DNA of 64,000 nucleotides, taken from Nitrososphaerota archaeon. GTDB lineage: Archaea > Thermoproteota > Nitrososphaeria_A > Caldarchaeales > Caldarchaeaceae. A program made the translations under genes and the position numbers. Under the pieces are notes generated by a model. The model was not told the origin of the DNA and did not search any database. It saw only the letters and a program-made list of their open reading frames with translations. How positions within the stretch are numbered: position 1 is the stretch's first letter; each line of letters begins with the position of its first letter. Location: the NCBI GenBank assembly GCA_041641305.1, contig JBEPYN010000001.1, positions 640,001 through 704,000 on the forward strand, given 5' to 3'. This document shows positions 19,637 through 27,691 of this stretch, in pieces.

Positions 19637-20799
19637 TCAACAGAGACAAGCCGCTTCTGTGGACAGCCATTTTTACCTCCATGTTTTCGGCGCAGATGGT
19701 GCTTCCTGTCATCGGTCTCTACGCTGCAATCGAGCTGGGGGCTGACGCGTTGACTGTTGGCGCCATATATGGAACATCTGCTTTGACAGCTTTTGTGTTG
19801 AGGATACCGGCGGCGATGCTAAGCCCGAGAATTGGCACCCGTGAGATAATGGTGTGCGGTATGGCGGCTTCGGCCGCTGGCTCTATTCTTTATGGGTTTG
19901 CCGCGGAGCCTCTGCACATGATCGTGGGAAGTCTTCTTAGAGGCCTTGGGTCGGCTTTCTTCTTCCCAGCGGCTTTGACATCCTTGTATGAAGAGGCTGG
20001 AAACGGTGAAGGAGACCCCAGAAGCCTCGGCTACATGTTAACGGGCCCAGCACTCGGCATGGCCCTCGGCCCAGTATTTGGAGCCGCTTCACTCACCCTT
20101 CTCGGATACCGGCCAACATTCTACACCGCTGGCGCGATATCGGTTGTCGGCCTCGCAGCCATATCCGCCACAAGAATTCATATGCCGGAGGGGCAGACCG
20201 CGTCGCTCAAGTCACTTCTCGAGAAAAGGTTCACGAGCCTTCTCATATCACGGTTTCTCGTCAACTACGTAACAGGCACAATCGCCGCTTTCCTACCCTT
20301 GATGGCGAATCTTCTCCTCGGCTACGACGAGGCCGTGGTATTGCTGTTGTTTACAGCAGCTGCTTTCACAAACCTTTTCTCACGCGTTTTCATGGGCACC
20401 GCAGCCAAGAAACTCGGTGCACAAAATTATGTTGCGTTGGGTTCTTTGACCGTGGCCTTGTCTTCTCTCATGTTTGCTCTGGGCCTCGACATCAGCATCT
20501 GGCTGGGTGCGTTTGTCTACGGCCTTGGTATGGGGATTTTTGTCCTCGGCAGCGTTTACATGACGGGGCTGCTTGTCCCACCTGCTCTGCGGACGATGGG
20601 CTTCGCTTTGATGACGCTTATGATAGACATGGGCAACTCCGTCGGCAACTTTGTTTCAGGTGTGTTGCTGAGTGTGGGAGGGTTTGTGGAGGTTTTCGCC
20701 GTAGCATCTGCGGTTGGTGCGACAGGGCTTTTCGTGGACCTTATGAGCAGACGATGGCCCTTGCCCTATGAAAAACAGAGTCAATCATCCGCTGAGTGA
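19633..20799 (+). CDS. MFS transporter
   Basis: 12 TM; LRGLGSAFFFPA, GMALGPVFG. Confidence 0.87.
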   Translation: MINRDKPLLWTAIFTSMFSAQMVLPVIGLYAAIELGADALTVGAIYGTSALTAFVLRIPAAMLSPRIGTREIMVCGMAASAAGSILYGFAAEPLHMIVGSLLRGLGSAFFFPAALTSLYEEAGNGEGDPRSLGYMLTGPALGMALGPVFGAASLTLLGYRPTFYTAGAISVVGLAAISATRIHMPEGQTASLKSLLEKRFTSLLISRFLVNYVTGTIAAFLPLMANLLLGYDEAVVLLLFTAAAFTNLFSRVFMGTAAKKLGAQNYVALGSLTVALSSLMFALGLDISIWLGAFVYGLGMGIFVLGSVYMTGLLVPPALRTMGFALMTLMIDMGNSVGNFVSGVLLSVGGFVEVFAVASAVGATGLFVDLMSRRWPLPYEKQSQSSAE

Positions 20800-21436
20800 G
20801 ACGACCTGTGTTCGTGTTCTGTCTCGAGGGATGGTAGGAGGCTATGACCGTGGGCAAGGGCCTGCCGTTGAATGAGCCCTTTAGACGGTATACGGCGCCG
20901 TGGCGGAAACGCGGCATACGTCCTGTGTAGGCGTTCATGCGGCGCATCAGTCGGAAAAACGTCTCAAACGCAATTCTTCCCAAAGCCACAACCACCACAA
21001 CGTTCTCCAGCATTCTCAGCTCTTCGATGAGATAGGGTAAACAGTTCTCCACCTCCTGTTTGGCTGGCTTGTTATCCGGAGGCGCGCAGCGAACAACAGC
21101 GGTTACATAGACATCTTTCAGCACAAGTCCATCATCCCTCGAGACACTTCGGTCCATGTTGGCGAAACCGGCTCTGTGCAGTGCCTTGACTAGGGTGTCG
21201 CCGCTCGAATCACCCGTAAACATTCTACCCGTCCTGTTTCCGCCGTGAGCGGCTGGAGCCAAACCCAGAACAAGCACACGCCCCTTAACATCCCCGAACC
21301 CCGGCAAAGGCTTGGCCCAATAAGCCTGGCCCCTGAAACGCTTGGGCGGGTTCCGTGCAACCGCTTCCCTATACTTTGCAAGCCGTGGACAGAGTTTGCA
21401 GGAGATGATGCGGTAGTTCAGCTCCTCTATGCTCAT
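20741..21436 (-). CDS. udgB: Uracil-DNA glycosylase family 5 (UdgB, Fe-S)
   Basis: CKLCPRL, GLAPAAHGGNRTGRMFTGD, RCAPPDNKP, YHPSRQNTNTGRL. Confidence 0.93.
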   Translation of the reverse strand: MSIEELNYRIISCKLCPRLAKYREAVARNPPKRFRGQAYWAKPLPGFGDVKGRVLVLGLAPAAHGGNRTGRMFTGDSSGDTLVKALHRAGFANMDRSVSRDDGLVLKDVYVTAVVRCAPPDNKPAKQEVENCLPYLIEELRMLENVVVVVALGRIAFETFFRLMRRMNAYTGRMPRFRHGAVYRLKGSFNGRPLPTVIASYHPSRQNTNTGRLTQRMIDSVFHRARAIVCS

Positions 21437-22089
21437 CGTCTGCGGCGCAGAATGCCTTCTTCACCCACGAACGGATTATGTTTTTTCTCCCACCCTATCG
21501 TTGTCTCGGGGCCGTGGCCGGGATACACTTTGACATCATCGGGTAGTTTGAAGACTTTTTCGAGGATGGAGTGGGTTAGCTGTTCTGCGCTTCCGCCTGG
21601 GGCGTCTGTGCGGCCCACGCTTCCCATAAACAGGAGGTCGCCGCTGAACAGCATCCCTCCCCCGTAAAAGCAGACGCTTCCCGGCGAATGGCCCGGTGTG
21701 TGGATCACCCTAAGTGTTTCGCCGCCTACCTGTATTGTCTGCCCGTCCTCGAGGTAGCCGTCGGGCGAGGGCGGATCTCCTACATCGATGCCGAGAAACC
21801 TTCTCGTCATCTCCCGCGCCATGGAGAGAACCTCGAGGTCGAGCCGATGTATGTAGAACGGGATTTTCAGGGCTTGCTTAAGGTCGTCAACCGCCATCAC
21901 ATGGTCAAAGTGCCCATGGGTCGCGTAGACGGCGTTAAGCTTCAGCCTTCTCTCCTGCAACGTCTCGAGTATAAGCCATGCATCATCCCCCGCGTCTATG
22001 ACAACCGCCTCACGAGTCCCATCGTCGTAAACTATGTATGAGTTGCTCCTGAGCGGACCTACTTCATGTGCAACGACTCTCAGCGTCAA
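21433..22089 (-). CDS. MBL-fold metallo-hydrolase (glyoxalase II-like)
   Basis: THGHFDH, HTPGHSPG, SGDLLF, GRTD, PGHGP. Confidence 0.93.
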   Translation of the reverse strand: MTLRVVAHEVGPLRSNSYIVYDDGTREAVVIDAGDDAWLILETLQERRLKLNAVYATHGHFDHVMAVDDLKQALKIPFYIHRLDLEVLSMAREMTRRFLGIDVGDPPSPDGYLEDGQTIQVGGETLRVIHTPGHSPGSVCFYGGGMLFSGDLLFMGSVGRTDAPGGSAEQLTHSILEKVFKLPDDVKVYPGHGPETTIGWEKKHNPFVGEEGILRRRR

Positions 22090-22179
22090 CCGAGATAGTT
22101 TATGAGATATAGCTCTATATATGTTGAGACGGCGCTTAACTGCTTATATACAGGCGATGAACCGTTATAGCGAGGAGAA

Positions 22180-22413
22180 ATGCCTTCTGCGTTTGTGTTG
22201 ATTAACACAGAGATTGGCGCCGAGGAGGAGGTTGTTAATGAGCTGAAGAAGATTTCCTACATCAAGGAGGCCTATGTCGTCTACGGTGTCTATGACATCG
22301 TGGCTAAGGTTGAGGCGGACACGATGGAGAAGCTTAAGGAAGTCGTTTCATGGAGCATCCGCCGACTTGAAAAGGTGCGGTCCACCCTGACGATGCTCGT
22401 CGTCGGCTCATAA
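22180..22413 (+). CDS. Stand-alone Lrp/AsnC ligand-binding (RAM) domain protein
   Basis: AFVLINTEIG, VYGVYDIVAKVEA, VRSTLT; GAGGAG SD before ATG; no HTH. Confidence 0.9.
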   Translation: MPSAFVLINTEIGAEEEVVNELKKISYIKEAYVVYGVYDIVAKVEADTMEKLKEVVSWSIRRLEKVRSTLTMLVVGS

Positions 22414-22418
22414 AAAAA

Positions 22419-23096
22419 TTAAGTGGACTTGTTTTTGCCGTTGAGGGTTTCTCTTCTGAAGAAGGGGCTGTCCAGCGAGACGTAGCCAACCTGTATGGTT
22501 GGCTCAGGGTTACCTGTTCTCTCCACAACCGATGTAATCAGGTTCAGGGCTTCGCCGAGGCTCATGTCGGGCCTGTACTCGTTCTCCAACATGTCGATGG
22601 CTTTGTCTGAGTTGACTCCAAGGGCGAAGGCGTCGCCGTTGAAGGCTGTTCCGCTTGGATCCACTTGGTAAAGCTGCACTCCGAGCTTGTCGACACCTGC
22701 TATGATGACCGCCACGCCTTGGGGCCTCACAGGGTAGAGGGTGTAGCCGTGGAAGTAGCCGCTCACCGAGTCCACCAAAGTCCCCACATCTACGGCGGCG
22801 TCGAAGAGCAGCCTATGCCGCTGCGCCTCTATACGCATGTGGTCCACTATTCGGTAAAGGTCGCTGATGTATCCCGAACCCGTTACGCCCACATGGTCGT
22901 CGACGACGAAGACTTTGTCGCTTGGCTTCATCAGTTTACGGGTTGGCTTAACCATGCTCGCGAGCACGGCGTAGCGTGGGAACCGTAGTCCGATGCTTAT
23001 CGCACCCCTCATCACAGCCTCGAGAGCCCGGTCGACGAGCGTCATCCGACCCTCGGGGCCATAGAACATCTGGAAACGCGAAGGATCCATCGCCAA
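22419..23096 (-). CDS. psmA: Proteasome alpha-subunit paralog (divergent)
   Basis: F.GPEGR..V..A.EAV.RG, KVFVVDDHVG..SG..SD, R.EAQ.HRL, YTLYPVRPQGV..IIAGVD, LYQVDPSG, ALG. TTG 23096 or ATG 23090 lies just after the beta stop with a GAGGTG SD. Confidence 0.88.
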   Translation of the reverse strand: MAMDPSRFQMFYGPEGRMTLVDRALEAVMRGAISIGLRFPRYAVLASMVKPTRKLMKPSDKVFVVDDHVGVTGSGYISDLYRIVDHMRIEAQRHRLLFDAAVDVGTLVDSVSGYFHGYTLYPVRPQGVAVIIAGVDKLGVQLYQVDPSGTAFNGDAFALGVNSDKAIDMLENEYRPDMSLGEALNLITSVVERTGNPEPTIQVGYVSLDSPFFRRETLNGKNKST

Positions 23097-23097
23097 T

Positions 23098-23661
23098 TTA
23101 TCCACCTCTCACAGGAATTGCTAAAACGTCTACGCCGTTTCCCGAGCCGGGGTCACGCTGCATAGCCGCTTCAACAGCCTTCACCGCAATAGCTCTTGCC
23201 TCCTCCAGCTTAAGGCCTGGTGAATAGAGGCTCTCTAAGACGCCGTAGGCGACTGGGGACCCGGAGCCTGATGAGACAAACTCTTCAGCCACCATGGAGC
23301 CGCTCATGTCGCTGCTGAACACATGCGGGCCCTCGTCGTCTACCCCAGCCACTATCAGCTCCGCGTAGTATGGTATGTAGCTGCGTAGGCCGCTGTAGAA
23401 GAGGTTGGATATCAGCTTGCTTGACTCGGCGACCGACAACGGGTAGCCGCGTCTCAGGGCGATTAGTTTGCGCTCGGCTCTCACTACGTTGACGAGATAC
23501 ACGGCGTCGGATAATAGGCCTGCGACCGCAATAGCCAGGCTGTCGTCGACTTTCATTATTTTCTGCGTGGTTTTCGAAGCGATGAAGAAGCCTTTGCTCG
23601 CTCTTCTGTCGGATGCAAGGACAACTCCGTCAACCGCTTTCAAACCAACTATTGTTGTCAC
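23098..23661 (-). CDS. psmB: Proteasome beta-subunit paralog without propeptide
   Basis: GTG-TTIVG with Thr1/Asp17/Lys33 in exact register, AG(47), SGSGS, RDPGSG. In-frame TAA 12 codons upstream with no earlier ATG/GTG/TTG. Confidence 0.92.
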   Translation of the reverse strand: MTTIVGLKAVDGVVLASDRRASKGFFIASKTTQKIMKVDDSLAIAVAGLLSDAVYLVNVVRAERKLIALRRGYPLSVAESSKLISNLFYSGLRSYIPYYAELIVAGVDDEGPHVFSSDMSGSMVAEEFVSSGSGSPVAYGVLESLYSPGLKLEEARAIAVKAVEAAMQRDPGSGNGVDVLAIPVRGG

Positions 23662-23727
23662 GTTTCCTCGGAAGATAATGTGTTTGAGAGATGTTTAGCG
23701 ACTATGTTGCCTCGCAGTTGGTCACGG

Positions 23728-24333
23728 CTACGCCGCTATGCTGAATATTCCTGTTGGCAGGGTTTTGAGGTTGGAGAAGTCGTCTATCAAGGCGAGTTCG
23801 TAGGCTTTGTGTAGTATGGCTAGGGCGGCGCGGACGGCGCGGCGCTCGTTTCGGTTGCTCATGATGGTTAGGCGTCCATTTTTTAGGCGGAGGGTTATCT
23901 GCATTTCTCCGTCCTGGGATATCCAGCGGAGAACCTGTGCATCGTTTTCGACGCTGTAGCCGAGCCACCTCATCTCATCGACCCATCTCCCATGCAGGGC
24001 TGTGACACCGGCTAAAACCAGCCCCATATCCTCAACCCTCGTGTCAACAATCACGTAACCGTCTACATGCCCGTGTTCGCCCACCAGCTTCCGCGCCTTA
24101 CGGCTCAGCCTGTATCCCCTATCCCCTCTATCCACAAGCCCATGTTTCTCAAGCCTCCGAAGGATGCGGGAAAGTTTCTCCTGATGCATGCCAAGAGCCC
24201 TACGCATTCCCGCGAAGCTGACCTCGCCATCGGAGGCCGTTGATAAAGCCTTCAAAACAGCCTCCTCATCCTCCCTGAAGTCAAACCCTCCTTCATGAGC
24301 CATATGAACCCTGTCTTTGTTCGAGGCATCCAT
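23728..24333 (-). CDS. Winged helix-turn-helix protein with C-terminal alpha/beta domain
   Basis: SFAGMRRALGMHQEKLSRILRRLEKHGLVDR..GYRLS. Confidence 0.8.
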   Translation of the reverse strand: MDASNKDRVHMAHEGGFDFREDEEAVLKALSTASDGEVSFAGMRRALGMHQEKLSRILRRLEKHGLVDRGDRGYRLSRKARKLVGEHGHVDGYVIVDTRVEDMGLVLAGVTALHGRWVDEMRWLGYSVENDAQVLRWISQDGEMQITLRLKNGRLTIMSNRNERRAVRAALAILHKAYELALIDDFSNLKTLPTGIFSIAA

Positions 24334-24404
24334 GTTTTAAGGGTGTTCTCTATACACGTGGCTGGCATGTTCTTAAATTTAGGCAGGCTCTAAAATTTGT
24401 TTGC

Positions 24405-24953
24405 ATGGAGAGTGTCCGGTTTCTACGGTTTTCGGCGCTTGTGCTGGGGATACCGTTCATAGTATTGGCAGGTTCGTTTCTGCATTTTACCTATGAGTTA
24501 TCAGGTGGCAACATGGCTGTGGCCCTCTTTTCCGCGGTCAACGAAAGCGTGTGGGAGCATCTCAAACTCGCGTTTTTCCCCGATCTCTTCCTATCCGTGC
24601 CACAATACATGCTCCTCCGCAGACATTATCCAAACTTCTTTCTCGGAAAAATGGTTGGCATGCTTGTCACACCTCTCACAATAGTCGCAGGTTTCTACGG
24701 CTATGAACTGGTTTTCCACAGCTCCAACATTGTCTACGACATCGGCCTCTTCATAGCCGCTGTGATAATGGGCCAGCTTGTCAGCTATAACCTCATCCAG
24801 AAACATGGAGGCAACCGGTTTAACCCGCTTCCTCCCACGATACTTTTTCTCTTCGCAGCGGCGTTCTTCGTCTTTACCTATATGCCGCCGGAGTTGGAGT
24901 TGTTCAGAGACCCTGTGACAGGTGGATATGGGCTGACCTCACACACGCTCTGA
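24405..24953 (+). CDS. Uncharacterised membrane protein (DUF6512-like)
   Basis: LHFTYELSG, FSAVNESVWEHLKLAFFP, FTYMPP..LFRDP. Confidence 0.72.
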   Translation: MESVRFLRFSALVLGIPFIVLAGSFLHFTYELSGGNMAVALFSAVNESVWEHLKLAFFPDLFLSVPQYMLLRRHYPNFFLGKMVGMLVTPLTIVAGFYGYELVFHSSNIVYDIGLFIAAVIMGQLVSYNLIQKHGGNRFNPLPPTILFLFAAAFFVFTYMPPELELFRDPVTGGYGLTSHTL

Positions 24954-26072
24954 GTGGAAGACGTAGCTGCTCAGGTCTCCCAGCAAAACCTTTCTGAAGC
25001 ATAGCGGTGTGTAGCCTGATTTTTCGAGGGCGCGGAGAACCGTGACAGGCTTGTTCACTATGACTGTTAGTGATGCGTTTGGGCAGGCTTGCGCGATTGC
25101 TGCGAAGGCTTCTGTGTAGAATTTTTCAGGCTCTCTCAGCCGCAGTCTTACGCCGAAGGGCGGGTTGCAGACGACCTTGTCAACCTCTCGGTCGACATGT
25201 TCCACGAGTCTGAAGACATCGCCTTGGACAAACCTCACACCCTTTTCTCTGCCGAGCGCCTCAAGGCTGTCGAAAGCAAGTTTGAGTGATTTGGGGGATA
25301 TGTCTATTCCGATGACCTCCACCGTGCCGGGGTCCTCTGCCTCCATCAATTCTTCACGTATTCTATCGGTGTCGATTCCTCTGAAGACCGGTATTTTCTC
25401 GAGGCTGAGGTGTTGCCTCCGTGCTCCGGGGCTGATTCTGAGGCCATAAAGAGCTGTTTCGAGTGGGATGGTGCCGCTTCCGGTGAATGGGTCGAGGAGG
25501 ACCATGTTTCTTCTCCACCCAGAGAAACGCACTAGGGTGTTTGCGACGGCCGGGGACAAGGCTGCTCTGTGAAACCCTCTTCGGTAAAAGCGTCTGTGCA
25601 GCGACTCGCCCGTGGTGTTGAGGCCGAGCAGAAGCTCCGAGTTTCTCAAAATAGCGTAAACCTCTACGTCGGGGTTGTTGAGGTCAACCCTCAGCCTCAC
25701 CCCGGTTCCGGCCTTGTAGGAGTCTATCACCGCCTTTCCAACCGCCGCCGCTATGTCGAGGCTCGTGAAGCCATGCACACCGACTCTCTCAGCCCTTACC
25801 GCGAAACTCTGCTCCCTGCCGATGAATTCTCGGTAGTCAACCGAGGCACATAGACGCTCTACATCCGTCAACGTCTCCGCATGCTCTCTCAATAGAAGTA
25901 GGAAGACCCTGTTTACTGTTTGCGCGGCGTAGTTGACTTTAACACATTCCTCGAGCGAGGCTGTGAAGAGGACTTTACCCACATCGGCTTCTGCTTCGCC
26001 GCTTAGGAGGCTTGACAGCTCCGCGGCCGCTATGTCCTCGAGCCCCGAGAATGTTGTTGCGAAAAATCTCAT
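24939..26072 (-). CDS. trm14: tRNA (guanine-6-N2)-methyltransferase Trm14 (THUMP + MTase)
   Basis: TTFSGLEDIA, THUMP SFAVRAERVG.H.FTS, SLHRR, LDPFTGSGTIPLE, NPPFG. Confidence 0.88.
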   Translation of the reverse strand: MRFFATTFSGLEDIAAAELSSLLSGEAEADVGKVLFTASLEECVKVNYAAQTVNRVFLLLLREHAETLTDVERLCASVDYREFIGREQSFAVRAERVGVHGFTSLDIAAAVGKAVIDSYKAGTGVRLRVDLNNPDVEVYAILRNSELLLGLNTTGESLHRRFYRRGFHRAALSPAVANTLVRFSGWRRNMVLLDPFTGSGTIPLETALYGLRISPGARRQHLSLEKIPVFRGIDTDRIREELMEAEDPGTVEVIGIDISPKSLKLAFDSLEALGREKGVRFVQGDVFRLVEHVDREVDKVVCNPPFGVRLRLREPEKFYTEAFAAIAQACPNASLTVIVNKPVTVLRALEKSGYTPLCFRKVLLGDLSSYVFHSERV

Positions 26073-26106
26073 CCAAACAAGGATTTAGATGTGGGTTGGT
26101 AAAAAT

Positions 26107-27678
26107 CTACTGAAGATATTCGTAGGCGATTGGGGGTGTGAACTCGATGAACTCGGGGGCGAGAACTGTTTTGCGAAGTATCTCGGCTGCCTGCTCAAAC
26201 TTTGTCTCTTGGTAGGCTGGCCCTGTTTCTTCACGGAGTTTCTGCAACACTTTCCCCAATTCCTCCTCGAATACCTGCGGCGTCACCACACGGCCGTCGG
26301 CGAGTCTCGCTCCATGCCGTATCCACTGCCATATCAGGGCCCGTGCTATCTCGAATGTCGCCGCATCCTCCATCAGGAAGTTTATCGCCACGCATCCGTT
26401 TCCGCGGAGCCATGACTCGAGGTAACGTAGCCCGACCTCCATGTTGGCCCTCATCCCCTCCGCGGTCCGCTCTCCTTCGGGGACTTTGAGCAGGTCCTCG
26501 GCTGTGATGATGAGGTTTTCATGCTTTACGTGGAGCTGGTTGGGGGTCTTGAGGTTCTCCACGAATAGGCTCTTCACCAGCGGCACGAGGTCCGGATGCG
26601 CCACCCACGCGCCGTCAAATCCCTGCGAAATCTCCCGCAGCTTATCCTCCCGGACCTTGGCGAAGGCACGTTGCTGAGCCTCGGGATTGCCTCTAATCGG
26701 CACCTGAGCCGCCATGCCTCCGATGGCGTATGCACCGCGTCGGTGACAGGTTTTCACCATAAGCAGCGCCGCTGACTTGAGGAAATGCTTGTCCATGGTT
26801 AGGAGACTTCTGTCGGGCATGAGATAACGTGGGTCATGTCCAAGTCTCTTGATGAAGCTGAAGATGTAGTCCCAGCGGCCGAGGTTCAACGCCGTCACAT
26901 AGTCACGCAGCTCATAGAGGATCTCATCCATCTGGAAAGCCGCGGTAATGGTCTCTATCAAGACGCTGCACTTTATCGTCCCATGTGGAAGGTTGAGGGT
27001 TTTCTCTGCGTCGGCGAAAACGTTTGCCCACCATCTTGCCTCGAGGTAGTGCTCGAGCTTGGGGATGTAGAAGTATGGTCCGGTGCCTCTCCGCCTCAGC
27101 TCAGAAGAGTTGTGGAAAAGGTATAGCCCGAAGTCGAAAAGCGCCGCCGGGACAGGGGACCCGTTTATCCGCATGTTTTTCTCAACAAGGTGGAGACCGC
27201 GGGGCCGCACCACGAGCGTCGCGGTCTTTTCTGCGAGAGTGTAAAGTTTTCCGTCGGGGCTTCTGTATTCGATGGTTTTTCTAACAGCATCCATGAGGTT
27301 GACCTGCCCCGCAAGAGTTTGCTGCCACACAGGCGAAAAAGAGTCCTCGAAATCAGCCATGTAAACATCCGCGCCCGAGTTCAACGCATTAATCATCATC
27401 TTCCTGTCCACAGGACCAGTAATCTCAACATGTCTAACGGAGAGATCGGCCGGAATATCTGAAACACTCCAGCCAGAGGATCTTATGTCAGCCGTCTCCG
27501 GGGGAAAATCAAGCTTGGCGCCCCTCCTAAGCGCTGCGGCTGTCTCCTCCCTTTTAGCAAGCAGTCGCCGTAGCCCGGGGCCATGGTTCTCGACGAGATG
27601 CTGCAGAAAATCAACAGCTTCCTTGTCTAATACGGTGAGAAGTTGTTTGTCAACTTCCTTGATCTGTATTGATGACAG
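26107..27678 (-). CDS. aceB: Malate synthase A
   Basis: VEITGP, ADFEDS, VRPRG, YFYIPKLE, LIETI, LNLGRWDYIFS, GFDGAWVAHP, MEDAATFEI. The frame stays open 89 codons above the ORF-track GTG (27411), to a CTG at 27678 preceded by a GGTGA SD. Confidence 0.93.
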   Translation of the reverse strand: MSSIQIKEVDKQLLTVLDKEAVDFLQHLVENHGPGLRRLLAKREETAAALRRGAKLDFPPETADIRSSGWSVSDIPADLSVRHVEITGPVDRKMMINALNSGADVYMADFEDSFSPVWQQTLAGQVNLMDAVRKTIEYRSPDGKLYTLAEKTATLVVRPRGLHLVEKNMRINGSPVPAALFDFGLYLFHNSSELRRRGTGPYFYIPKLEHYLEARWWANVFADAEKTLNLPHGTIKCSVLIETITAAFQMDEILYELRDYVTALNLGRWDYIFSFIKRLGHDPRYLMPDRSLLTMDKHFLKSAALLMVKTCHRRGAYAIGGMAAQVPIRGNPEAQQRAFAKVREDKLREISQGFDGAWVAHPDLVPLVKSLFVENLKTPNQLHVKHENLIITAEDLLKVPEGERTAEGMRANMEVGLRYLESWLRGNGCVAINFLMEDAATFEIARALIWQWIRHGARLADGRVVTPQVFEEELGKVLQKLREETGPAYQETKFEQAAEILRKTVLAPEFIEFTPPIAYEYLQ

Positions 27679-27691
27679 GCTTATTCACCGT

